From contig JBBRBK010000014.1 in the NCBI GenBank assembly GCA_038205935.1, positions 1-35,181 on the forward strand: a stretch of DNA of 35,181 nucleotides, in the 5' to 3' direction. Both the position numbers and the translations under genes were made by a program. The notes under the pieces are model-generated. The model had not been told where the DNA came from and did not search any database. It was given only the letters and a program-made list of their open reading frames with translations. Below, one piece after another: positions 19,697-28,416 of the stretch (its first letter is position 1; every line of letters starts with the position of its first letter). This DNA comes from Campylobacterales bacterium (GTDB taxonomy: Bacteria; Campylobacterota; Campylobacteria; Campylobacterales; Sulfurimonadaceae).

Positions 19697-19728
19697 ATTA
19701 TATATGCAGCTTGTGAGTAATGTGTGAG
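19697..19728 (-). promoter_or_regulatory. CTCAC-N6-CTCAC-N10-TATAAT promoter of copA
   Basis: Minus strand CTCAC acatta CTCAC aagctgcata TATAAT. Confidence 0.8.
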
Positions 19729-19751
19729 TAACAAATGAGTTATAATGCTTT

Positions 19752-20399
19752 ATGAAAATTTTACTTCTTGAAGATGATACCGTTTTATCAAATATATTGA
19801 TAGATTTTTTGCAGGAATCATATAGCGTTGTTCATGCATATACAATGAAAGAAGCTTTCTCCCTTAGCGAAGAAAATTCTTATGATCTGTATATCTTCGA
19901 TATCAATGTTCCAGATGGTAATGGGATCACCCTTTTACGTGAACTTCGCAGTTTTCATGATGAAACACCAACGATCTTTATAACGGCTTTTCATGATATC
20001 AAGTACCTTAAAAAAGCGTTTGAGAGTGGAGCAAATGACTTTATTCGAAAGCCCTTTGACCTTGAAGAACTTTTTGGGCGTATAGAAAATATCAAAAGAC
20101 ATTTTGGGCTTTTTAATATCCTCAAACTCAGTGATGATATGGAGTTAAACACACAAACAAATCTGCTTACATGTAAAGAAAAAGCAGAGCATCTCACGCA
20201 AAAAGAGAGTGAGCTTCTGCTCTATCTTTACAAACATAAAAATCGTGTGCTCAGTTTGGATGAGTTGCTTCAAAACCTCTGGAAATATGAGGAACTCCCA
20301 TCATCAGACGCAATTCGTACACTTATAAAAGAGCTTAGAAAATATGTAGGACATGAGCATATCATCAACATCCGAGGCGAAGGGTATAAGTTTGAATAG
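19752..20399 (+). CDS. OmpR-family response regulator (CrdR/DccR-like)
   Basis: [26 protein letters not shown]...RGEGY; divergent from copA. Confidence 0.92.
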   Translation: MKILLLEDDTVLSNILIDFLQESYSVVHAYTMKEAFSLSEENSYDLYIFDINVPDGNGITLLRELRSFHDETPTIFITAFHDIKYLKKAFESGANDFIRKPFDLEELFGRIENIKRHFGLFNILKLSDDMELNTQTNLLTCKEKAEHLTQKESELLLYLYKHKNRVLSLDELLQNLWKYEELPSSDAIRTLIKELRKYVGHEHIINIRGEGYKFE

Positions 20400-21507
20400 T
20401 CTGGAAAAAAAATCTTTTTACTCCTTTTTGGCTCTTTATGTCGGCTCCTCTTTCTTGTTTTTAATACTTTCAAGTTTTTGGTATTATACCGCTCAAAAAA
20501 ATGCTCTTGAAAACACGACTTACTATAAACTCCAGCATTACAGTGACACTATCGGCGGACTTATTATCAATGCTCAGATGCATAGAACGGTTCTAACTCT
20601 TCCAAAACTTGAAGAGGGATATGAGTATTTTTTAATTAAAAGCGAGGAAAAACAGAATTTCAAAAGCGGTTATTATAAAAAAGATGGCAAAGCTATTTTA
20701 ATCTCATCCTCTCCTCAAGAGCATCTGGATATTGAGTATGTAGTCGTAAAAACGGATGAATATCATAAAAAGTTGGAGGTTTTACAAAAAAGTGTTCTTT
20801 TTGTAGGATCAACCGCTTTTTTTCTTATCGCACTAATATCTTGGTTGCTTTCAAAACTCTTTATGCGTCCAATCCACCAAAAAGTAGTGCAGATAGAGCA
20901 GTTCATTCAAGATATCTCACATGAGCTCAACACGCCCATCACAGCACTGCAGATGAGTGCAAAAAGAGCGATGCAAAAGGGAGTCTATGATGAGAAAATA
21001 CTTAAAAATATCTCTATTAGCACGAAACAGTTGTATGCTATCTATCAATCGCTTGTGTATTTGAGTTTCTCTGCAAAGCTGGGAGAGGTGCAGGAACTAA
21101 ATCTAAAAGAGATAGTAGAGGAGGTTATAGAGTTTTACTCCGAGCTTTGTTTTGCGAAAAATATAGAAATTATTTCAAACTTGGAAGATACCTTTATAAA
21201 GCTCGATAAAGAGAGAGCAAAACTTCTTTTTTCAAATCTTTTATCCAATGCTATAAAATATTCTCTGCCAAATAAACGCATTACTCTTGCTCTTACAAAA
21301 GATGCTTTTATCATACAAGATGAAGGTGTAGGAATTGCAAAAGAAAAACTTGATAAAATATTTGAACTTTATGAACGAGGTTCACATGTAGCGGGAGGTT
21401 TTGGCGTAGGACTTAGTATCGTCAAACAAATCTGCGATGAATCTGGAATAAAAATTGAAGTAAATTCCATACTAAACCAAGGCAGTATATTTAAAATTAG
21501 TTGGTAA
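20392..21507 (+). CDS. Membrane sensor histidine kinase (CrdS-like)
   Basis: Likely TTG start at 20392 overlapping the regulator stop; two TMs; SHELNTP, NLLSNAIKYS, DEGVG, GFGVGL. Confidence 0.9.
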   Translation: MNSLEKKSFYSFLALYVGSSFLFLILSSFWYYTAQKNALENTTYYKLQHYSDTIGGLIINAQMHRTVLTLPKLEEGYEYFLIKSEEKQNFKSGYYKKDGKAILISSSPQEHLDIEYVVVKTDEYHKKLEVLQKSVLFVGSTAFFLIALISWLLSKLFMRPIHQKVVQIEQFIQDISHELNTPITALQMSAKRAMQKGVYDEKILKNISISTKQLYAIYQSLVYLSFSAKLGEVQELNLKEIVEEVIEFYSELCFAKNIEIISNLEDTFIKLDKERAKLLFSNLLSNAIKYSLPNKRITLALTKDAFIIQDEGVGIAKEKLDKIFELYERGSHVAGGFGVGLSIVKQICDESGIKIEVNSILNQGSIFKISW

Positions 21508-21693
21508 AAAGAGAATCTTTGCCTTCTTATATCACCCTATCTTTGAAAAATTATTCTTAACACAAGAATAATCACTTATTTGATATCAAATATTTTGTGT
21601 CAACATAAAGTAGCTTCTCAAGTTTTATCATAAAATTGACAGTATTTATATTCTTTAGTTAGTATTAGGCTAAAAAATAAAGGTGTATTTATA

Positions 21694-22479
21694 ATGTCAC
21701 TATTCCCACTTGAAAAAATTAAACTTTTAAGAAAAGAGCTCGCAACCCATCCTGTTTATGCTGCTGTACAAAATATGGATGATTTAGCACTTTTTATGCA
21801 ACATCATATTTACTCGGTTTGGGATTTCATGTCCTTAGTTAAATATTTACAAAACCAAATTGCCCCTGCTAGAGTACCTTGGCTACCTCAGGGAGATACA
21901 GATGTGCAACGTTTCATCAATGCTATTGTGCTGGAAGAAGAGTCTGATGAAGGAATTCCTCTTGAGAATGGAACACCAACTTATACAAGTCATTTTAATC
22001 TTTATGCCTTAGCTATGGAAGAAGTAAAAGTTGGAAGTAATAAATCTATTAAAGAGTTTGTGGATAAAGTAGCTTCAGATTCTTTAGAAGAAGCTTTGAA
22101 TACAATTGAAATACCATCTCCTGCAAAAGAGTTTATGCAAACTACATTTAGTTTTATTGATAGTGGTAAACCTCATATAGTCGCTGCAGCCTTTGCTTTA
22201 GGACGAGAACATATTATTCCAGAGATGTTTCGTGCATTACTTGATAAAATGAATATATCAAGAGAACAAGCCGAAGTTTTTCACTATTATTTAGACCGTC
22301 ATATCCAACTTGATGGAGATTTTCATGGACCAATGTCTTTACAAATGTTAGAACTATTATGCGAAGGAGATGAAATAAAGATTGAAGAAGCAGAACAAGC
22401 TGCTATTGCTGCAATCAAAGCTAGAATAAAATTCTGGGATGGAGTTTTGTTAGCCATTAAAGATAATTCTAACCCATAA
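21694..22479 (+). CDS. DUF3050 family (heme-oxygenase-like fold) protein
   Basis: [31 protein letters not shown]. Confidence 0.88.
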   Translation: MSLFPLEKIKLLRKELATHPVYAAVQNMDDLALFMQHHIYSVWDFMSLVKYLQNQIAPARVPWLPQGDTDVQRFINAIVLEEESDEGIPLENGTPTYTSHFNLYALAMEEVKVGSNKSIKEFVDKVASDSLEEALNTIEIPSPAKEFMQTTFSFIDSGKPHIVAAAFALGREHIIPEMFRALLDKMNISREQAEVFHYYLDRHIQLDGDFHGPMSLQMLELLCEGDEIKIEEAEQAAIAAIKARIKFWDGVLLAIKDNSNP

Positions 22480-22495
22480 GTTATTATCCTAAGTC

Positions 22496-22591
22496 TCATA
22501 CTTCATCAAGATGTCTCTCAAAATAAATAGCAAGTTGAAAAGCAGTTAAACTCCAATTTTTTATTGGCATAGTCCATTTATTTTGAGCATT
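22496..22591 (-). mobile_element. IS256-family transposase C-terminal remnant
   Basis: Minus-strand NAQNKWTMPIKNWSLTAFQLAIYFERHLDEV* matches the KWTMP..NW...QL.I.F terminus of IS256 transposases. Confidence 0.8.
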
Positions 22592-22697
22592 TTAGATATT
22601 CGAATATAAGCAGTATTATAGGGAATGAGTAAAGAGTATCCTGCTTAAACTATCTCAAAGATATTACAAAACGCATAAGCGCACAAAGGAAATAAAT

Positions 22698-23726
22698 ATG
22701 AGTTTATTACTTCAAGAAGGTACCATTGGTACCCTAACCCTTAAAAACCGTATTGTTATGCCTCCTATGTGCATGTACCAAGCTTCTACGGATGGACACC
22801 CTACTCCGTTTCATCTTCTCCACTACGGCTCAAAAGCACTAGGAGGAGTAGGATTGATCATTGTTGAAGCAACCGCAATCGAGCCAAGGGGACGAATCAG
22901 TGAAAATGACCTTGGAATATGGGAAGATGAACATATCCTTAGTCATCATAAAATAACGACGATTTGTCACGATAACGGTGCTAAAGTTGCATTGCAACTG
23001 GCTCATTCCGGACGAAAGTGCGGATGTGACGCAGAGTCTCCTGTAGCACCAAGCGCTATAGCCTTTAGTAAAAAAGCCCCTTATCAGATCCCAAAAGCTT
23101 TGACACTCGAAGAGATTGACGCGGTCAAAGAGTCCTTTGTCCATGCTGCTAAGCGCGCAAAAGAAGCTGGTTATGATATGGTAGAAATTCATGGGGCTCA
23201 CGGATATCTGTTATGTGAATTTCTTTCACCATTAAGCAATCAGCGTTCTGATGGGTATGGAGGAAGTCTTGAAAATCGATGCCGATTGCTCGTAGAAGTG
23301 ACTGAAGCTGTAAAAAAGGCTGTTCATCTTCCAATACTCGTTCGTATCTCTGCGGATGAATGGATGAAAGATGGATGGAATATAGACGATTCAATTTTTC
23401 TTTGTAAAGCGTTAAAAAAAGTCGGAGCCGATATCATCCATGTATCAGCCGGAGGGAATCAAGAACAGACTCAGACCCAACCACTCTTTACACCACTTTA
23501 TCAAGCCAATTATGCTAAACGTATCAAAAAAGAATCATCCATCTCAACTATTGCTGTAGGACTTATTACAACACCTGCCGAAGGAGAAGCATTGCTGATA
23601 GGAGAAGTATGTGATTTTGTCGCATACGGACGAGCATTATTGCGCAATCCAAATTTAGCACTCCAAGCAGCCAAAGAGTTTCAGCAAATTGAGAAAATTC
23701 CGATCTCCTTTCAACGAGGATTTTAA
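22698..23726 (+). CDS. namA: NADH:flavin oxidoreductase (old yellow enzyme, YqjM/NamA type)
   Basis: PMCMY, QLAHSGRK, HGAHGYL, FLSPLSNQRSD.YGGS, GRALLRNP. Confidence 0.9.
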   Translation: MSLLLQEGTIGTLTLKNRIVMPPMCMYQASTDGHPTPFHLLHYGSKALGGVGLIIVEATAIEPRGRISENDLGIWEDEHILSHHKITTICHDNGAKVALQLAHSGRKCGCDAESPVAPSAIAFSKKAPYQIPKALTLEEIDAVKESFVHAAKRAKEAGYDMVEIHGAHGYLLCEFLSPLSNQRSDGYGGSLENRCRLLVEVTEAVKKAVHLPILVRISADEWMKDGWNIDDSIFLCKALKKVGADIIHVSAGGNQEQTQTQPLFTPLYQANYAKRIKKESSISTIAVGLITTPAEGEALLIGEVCDFVAYGRALLRNPNLALQAAKEFQQIEKIPISFQRGF

Positions 23727-23860
23727 ATCGGTGTAAGTTGGATTACGACTATTTAACGGGAATTTCTAAATGAAAGGTAGGGGTGGCTTATTTTTTGCGA
23801 TTGTTGTAAACTTACACATTATGCCGCTATTTTTTACCTTATTAAATCAAGGAGATAGTT

Positions 23861-24328
23861 ATGGATTTCAAACAAAATGAGATTACCGAAGAACTACATA
23901 GGCAAAGAGAAAATATTCAAAAGTCTATTGAACCGTTTTGGTATAGATTGACACGTTACAATTTTCCTTTTTGTATGGTTCTTTTTTATAATCATTATAT
24001 TGATGAAGAAGAGTGCAGGCATGAGCTTCGTAAAACTGATAGTTATATCAAATTAGATGAAAATATTGCATGCATTTTCTTGGAAGCTCTCGATATAAGT
24101 ACAGCTGTCACTTTACTTGAACGAATTCTTTATACAAAAGAGAATCAGTATAATAATTCTAGTAAAGAGTTTTATGCCTCTCTTGTTTGCTCTTCACAAG
24201 TAAAAGAGGAAGAGGAATTGATCAATAAAAGTTTTATGATTCTTGAATATGCTTTTGAATATAAGCGTAGAAACGAAATACTTGATTTTGGTATTTTACC
24301 TTCTAGCTATGGGCGACAAGTTATCTAG
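23861..24328 (+). CDS. Hypothetical protein, possibly a degenerate GGDEF-like fold
   Basis: AGGAG RBS; PFCMVLF...LRKTD...IFL...A..LLERI spacing resembles GGDEF but lacks the GGDEF motif. Confidence 0.5.
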   Translation: MDFKQNEITEELHRQRENIQKSIEPFWYRLTRYNFPFCMVLFYNHYIDEEECRHELRKTDSYIKLDENIACIFLEALDISTAVTLLERILYTKENQYNNSSKEFYASLVCSSQVKEEEELINKSFMILEYAFEYKRRNEILDFGILPSSYGRQVI

Positions 24329-24536
24329 AAATATGAAGAGTTCTTTGCAATCATGTTCCAAAATGGATAAATTTAACTTAGCCCTCTATTTTTCCAGAAT
24401 TTTACAGCGGTCTTATACAAGTGTCGAATGAAAAATTAAAATGAGAACTTTTTCTAGTCAAAAGAACTTAAGAGAACCGCCCTCCTCTGCTAAGATAATA
24501 GAAAGAGGAAGTTATTTTGGAGAGGAGCAATTATCT

Positions 24537-25727
24537 CTACAAAATACGTGAATTAACGATTGGTATTCGTTTTTCTGCCGGAAAAATTCTTCTTTTGACT
24601 TCTGTTGCACCCAAATACTTTGTACTCCCATAATTATCTTTTGCTACAATAATATTTCTCATCCCATTATCTAATTGATTGATCGATGAGTCTTCACTAT
24701 CTTTTTTATTTATCTTCTCGATTTGATATATTAAACGGACTGCATCAGCAAAAGCAGAAGCCCCCCGTTGTGTAGAAGTCCCTTTTGTTGCGTGGTGAAT
24801 AAATATAATGGTTTTACCAGAATTTGCCGCCCAAGTCGTAAATAGGCTGATAAATTGTTTAGCATGAGGATTTGAATTTTCATCTCCACCAAAAACTGCA
24901 ATCAAGGGATCAATGATAATAACATCAAAATCTTCTACTATCTTTTGAAATCGATAAAATTCGCTCGAAACTCGCATGCCCTCTTTCGTACTTTCAAGAA
25001 AATGAGTAGTTTCACTGTCAGATCCTGCAATATAAAACATGTCGTCATATTTTTGAAGATTAGAATCCATAACATCATTAGCAATCACTTCTGCACGTTT
25101 TTTTGAAATCTCAATTTTATCTTCTGTTAACCACATAAAAATTTTCAAGTTATCTTCGTCGATAATACGCATGGCTGCTTGAATTAACAAAAATGTTTTA
25201 CCTACTCCTCCACCAGCGGCAACCATTGAAACTGTTGCTTTAGGAAAAGGTAAAAATGATTTCCCTATAAATTCAGCATCACGTCCATGAATTTCACTTA
25301 ACTTATGAATTTTGAGAGACGTTCCACGAGTTTCAATATTATTGTATTTTTGTGAATATGATATAGCCTCACTATAACTTGCTCCTTCATCAATCATTGC
25401 AACCAATACTGCTGCATTCGTGCGTAACTTAGAGAGAGAAGCTTTAGAAATAACATTTTTTACATATGGAATTACGTTGTGTACAGGATTTGCGGTTAAA
25501 ATAGCTAACATTAAACGCTCATCAAAACCATTCCCAAGTTTTGCAGCAATTAAGCCCTCTTCAATATACGAATCGATATTAAGCTCTTCAATTGCTTTAA
25601 ATACTTTTTGATGAAAGTCTATAGAAAAGTCTGTGGAGGTCAATCCTTCTTTTATCACTGCACCAAATATACTTGGCTCAAAAATAATTGAAGAAAGTAC
25701 AACCCGTTCAAATTCTATTCCCTGCAT
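24537..25727 (-). CDS. SF4-type helicase: DnaB-like N-terminal domain plus AAA_25 (RSF1010 RepA-like) ATPase
   Basis: ERVVLSSII...DF....HQKVF.AI (DnaB-N); AGGGVGKT, IIIDP, DENSN, IHH..K, RGASAF.D..R. Confidence 0.8.
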   Translation of the reverse strand: MQGIEFERVVLSSIIFEPSIFGAVIKEGLTSTDFSIDFHQKVFKAIEELNIDSYIEEGLIAAKLGNGFDERLMLAILTANPVHNVIPYVKNVISKASLSKLRTNAAVLVAMIDEGASYSEAISYSQKYNNIETRGTSLKIHKLSEIHGRDAEFIGKSFLPFPKATVSMVAAGGGVGKTFLLIQAAMRIIDEDNLKIFMWLTEDKIEISKKRAEVIANDVMDSNLQKYDDMFYIAGSDSETTHFLESTKEGMRVSSEFYRFQKIVEDFDVIIIDPLIAVFGGDENSNPHAKQFISLFTTWAANSGKTIIFIHHATKGTSTQRGASAFADAVRLIYQIEKINKKDSEDSSINQLDNGMRNIIVAKDNYGSTKYLGATEVKRRIFPAEKRIPIVNSRIL

Positions 25728-25790
25728 AAAACACCTGTTCATCTAAAAATTAAAAAATTCTACACAGTTTTTACCCTTACATTGCTTTAT

Positions 25791-26249
25791 GGAAGTAATA
25801 TTGGAGACTAATGGAAGCAATCTTGGAGTGTCAGGAAGTTATATTGGAGGGGTTATATTATTTGAATGTGGAAGTTATATTGGAGCATAAATCCTAGTTT
25901 TGGCCCTTCCTTGACCTCTATGGTAGTTATATTGGAGGGGAAGTACGTCTGTTTAGCTAGATATTACAGGTAAAAAGGGTAAAAAATCTAACTGGAAGTT
26001 ATATTGGAGGGGTTATATTATTTGAATGTGGAAGTTATATTGGAGCATAAATCCTAGTTTTGGCCCTTCCTTGACCTCTATGGTAGTTATATTGGAGGGG
26101 AAATTAACAAAATAGTACCATCTTCTGTAGTTGGAGGTAGTTATATTGGAGGGATTTGGCAGTTATATTGGAGTCTACTGGAAGTTATATTGGAGGGATT
26201 TATATCAATAAAGAAGTTATATTGGAGGGATTTGGAGGTTATATTGGAG
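25791..26249 (+). repeat. Iteron array, probable replication origin
   Basis: Exact GTTATATTGGAG at 25838, 25874, 25926, 25998, 26034, 26086, 26140, 26162, 26184, 26216, 26238; degenerate copies at 25795 and 25817; adjacent to rep. Confidence 0.88.
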
Positions 26250-26331
26250 TACTGCTAAGATATTAAGACTTTCTATAAAGAAAGTCTATAATTAAAGAAG
26301 AGAAATCCTTTGTACGTTATGCCTATTTAAT

Positions 26332-27447
26332 TTAAGAAACAAAACCACTTTCCGAAAGTAAACCATCTAAGTATTTATAAACTTCTTTTTTTGCATCATT
26401 CTCATTAGATGAAGCAATATTAATAATTAAATCAGCACCCTCTTGCGTTAACACAATTGCTTTTGTTAAATCAGCATCAAAATCTATTTTTAAAATAGTA
26501 TATATTTTATTATCAGTCGTAATAAATTTTTTTCCAATAAAATATTCAATAGAACTTATTTTTACTTCAATTGGGGGTTTAGTAGAAGAGCTTTTAAACA
26601 AGGATGGAATAAAAGATACATTTTCATTTCCTCGATAATAAAAAAATCCATCGCCCTCTTCCGGATCATAATCAATTCCAAATGTTAAAAGTTCTGGAAT
26701 ACGATCTTTTATATCACGTTTTGCAACCTGTAAACTTTTAGGAGATTCAATTGGAAATCCTAAAGCTTCAAGGACTGTAATTAATTTATACTTAGATTCT
26801 CGTTTATGCGTAAAAAACCATCTAATAATTGCACGAATTAACGCAGAATCAACTTTTAAAAGCTTTGGAAGTTCTCGTTTATAACCAATTGAAAGTTCTT
26901 GCTCATAAAAACGAAGATAACGTTTATCTAAAGTTATGCAGTAAGATGAAGCTTCGTTATCATAATCAAGATATTTAATCAAATTAAAGTCTGCAGATCG
27001 TTTTGATCCATCTTCAAATTTTACAGTTACATCACGGATTTCTTCAATTTTTTCTCGAAGCCATTTTGTATTGGTTTCATACGAATCAGATTTATCAGCT
27101 GAATATTCTCTCAATATTTTACTTTGAGAGAATAGCATTGCAACATCCCCATCAGGTTTATATTGAATACTTGAAGCGTGTGTATAAACACAATCAAGAA
27201 GATCTCTATGAACCTGAGTAAGTAGTTTACGACCTCTAATTTCTACTTTTCCCCAAGATGTTTCAATTACACGAATACCGCCATTTTTTTTAAATGCTTG
27301 CGCTGTTGTAGAGTTCCCAGAAAGTTTTTGAACTGGGGCAAAAATTGGCACACGTAATTCAGTAACAGATGCTGTAGATTGTTCAATCTTAGCAACAGTG
27401 TCAAATAAGGCTAATTGTTTTTTTTCGGAAAAATCTGTATTGCTCAT
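26332..27447 (-). CDS. Probable plasmid replication initiator (Rep, winged-helix type)
   Basis: Between iterons and parAB; LRVPIFAP and LTQ.HRD.L motifs resemble TrfA/Rep-like initiators. Family not certain. Confidence 0.72.
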   Translation of the reverse strand: MSNTDFSEKKQLALFDTVAKIEQSTASVTELRVPIFAPVQKLSGNSTTAQAFKKNGGIRVIETSWGKVEIRGRKLLTQVHRDLLDCVYTHASSIQYKPDGDVAMLFSQSKILREYSADKSDSYETNTKWLREKIEEIRDVTVKFEDGSKRSADFNLIKYLDYDNEASSYCITLDKRYLRFYEQELSIGYKRELPKLLKVDSALIRAIIRWFFTHKRESKYKLITVLEALGFPIESPKSLQVAKRDIKDRIPELLTFGIDYDPEEGDGFFYYRGNENVSFIPSLFKSSSTKPPIEVKISSIEYFIGKKFITTDNKIYTILKIDFDADLTKAIVLTQEGADLIINIASSNENDAKKEVYKYLDGLLSESGFVS

Positions 27448-27741
27448 AAATAAAATTCTATCACGTTATCATATAAAATGTACTTTATCCTAGTAAATTT
27501 ATCTAAATAGCTATTATATTTCATCTTTTTACACGTAAAACCAATATAAAAAAGATAGGTAAAGAAACAATTGTATTTTTAATACACTCTTATTCAACAT
27601 TTGTTGATTAACTTAGAGCATAGACGAATTAAAATAAAATTAAAAGATCGTGTAATGAAGTTTTCAATGTTTTTGATACAATACCGAACAGAAGATAATT
27701 TTTTGCTATGTTTAGTGCAGAAATTTTAACATATCGTTTTG

Positions 27742-27761
27742 GTGTTTCGCATGCGAAACAC
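27742..27761. other. parS candidate 1 (in the parA promoter region)
   Basis: Perfect palindrome GTGTTTCGCATGCGAAACAC. Confidence 0.85.
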
Positions 27762-27783
27762 TTTGTAATGAAAAAGGAAATGA

Positions 27784-28416
27784 ATGATTATAACTATCGC
27801 ACATTCCAAGGGTGGCGTCGGTAAAAGCCTGCTTGCTTGGCATCTATCTATTGCAATGGGAGTGCCAATTATTGATCTAGACTTTCAAAAAACCCTTGTA
27901 TATGTTAATACACTTCGAGAAATGCATGGGCGTGAGCCGATTAATATAATTCATCCAGAAAATACAGAATCATTCATAGGTTTATATGATTCATGGACGA
28001 ATGATAAGGACATTATAATAGATGTTGGTGGCTTTGACTCAGATTTAAATCGGACAGCAATTTATGTAAGTGATATTGTCATTACGCCTGCTGTAGACCG
28101 AGTTACAGAGATGGCAGGGCTATATAAATTTCATTCTGTACTTGAAGATATTTCTCAAAGTGTAGGAGCTAAAATAAAAACATATGTTTTATTAAATGAT
28201 GTATCACCGGTTTCACGTGATTTTTCAATCATTAAAGATATGATTGATAGTCTTGAACATTTTGATTTGCTTGAAAGTATAGTAGCACATCGCGCAGATT
28301 TTTATAGAAGTATGGAAGAGGGACGGGGAGTAACTGAGGGAATCGAAACTAAAGCATCACGTGAAATTCTTGCACTTGTTGCAGAAATTAAAAGAATTGG
28401 AAAGGAATTAGAATAA
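27784..28416 (+). CDS. parA: ParA ATPase (short, no N-terminal HTH)
   Basis: KGGVGKS, DLDFQ, IIDVGG. Confidence 0.93.
   Translation: MIITIAHSKGGVGKSLLAWHLSIAMGVPIIDLDFQKTLVYVNTLREMHGREPINIIHPENTESFIGLYDSWTNDKDIIIDVGGFDSDLNRTAIYVSDIVITPAVDRVTEMAGLYKFHSVLEDISQSVGAKIKTYVLLNDVSPVSRDFSIIKDMIDSLEHFDLLESIVAHRADFYRSMEEGRGVTEGIETKASREILALVAEIKRIGKELE

Noticed and set aside
11876..19720. Many short ORFs overlapping the copper genes
   Set aside because: Antisense or alternative-frame shadows of well-supported genes; the same applies to those inside the CheB-CheR fusion, BON genes, namA, rep, parB, dnaG and the sensor.
20353..20391. ORF-track start of the sensor kinase at 20353
   Set aside because: It would overlap the regulator by 47 bp; TTG at 20392 gives typical translational coupling.
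25791..26249. Repeat array as a CRISPR
   Set aside because: Repeat core is only 12-16 bp, spacing is irregular (21-72 bp), spacers are duplicated, no cas genes are present, and it abuts rep/parAB.
28209..28370. Partial canonical parS matches in parA (GTTTCACGTGA, TCACGTGAAA)
   Set aside because: Only one arm matches in each case; explainable by SRD/SRE codons.
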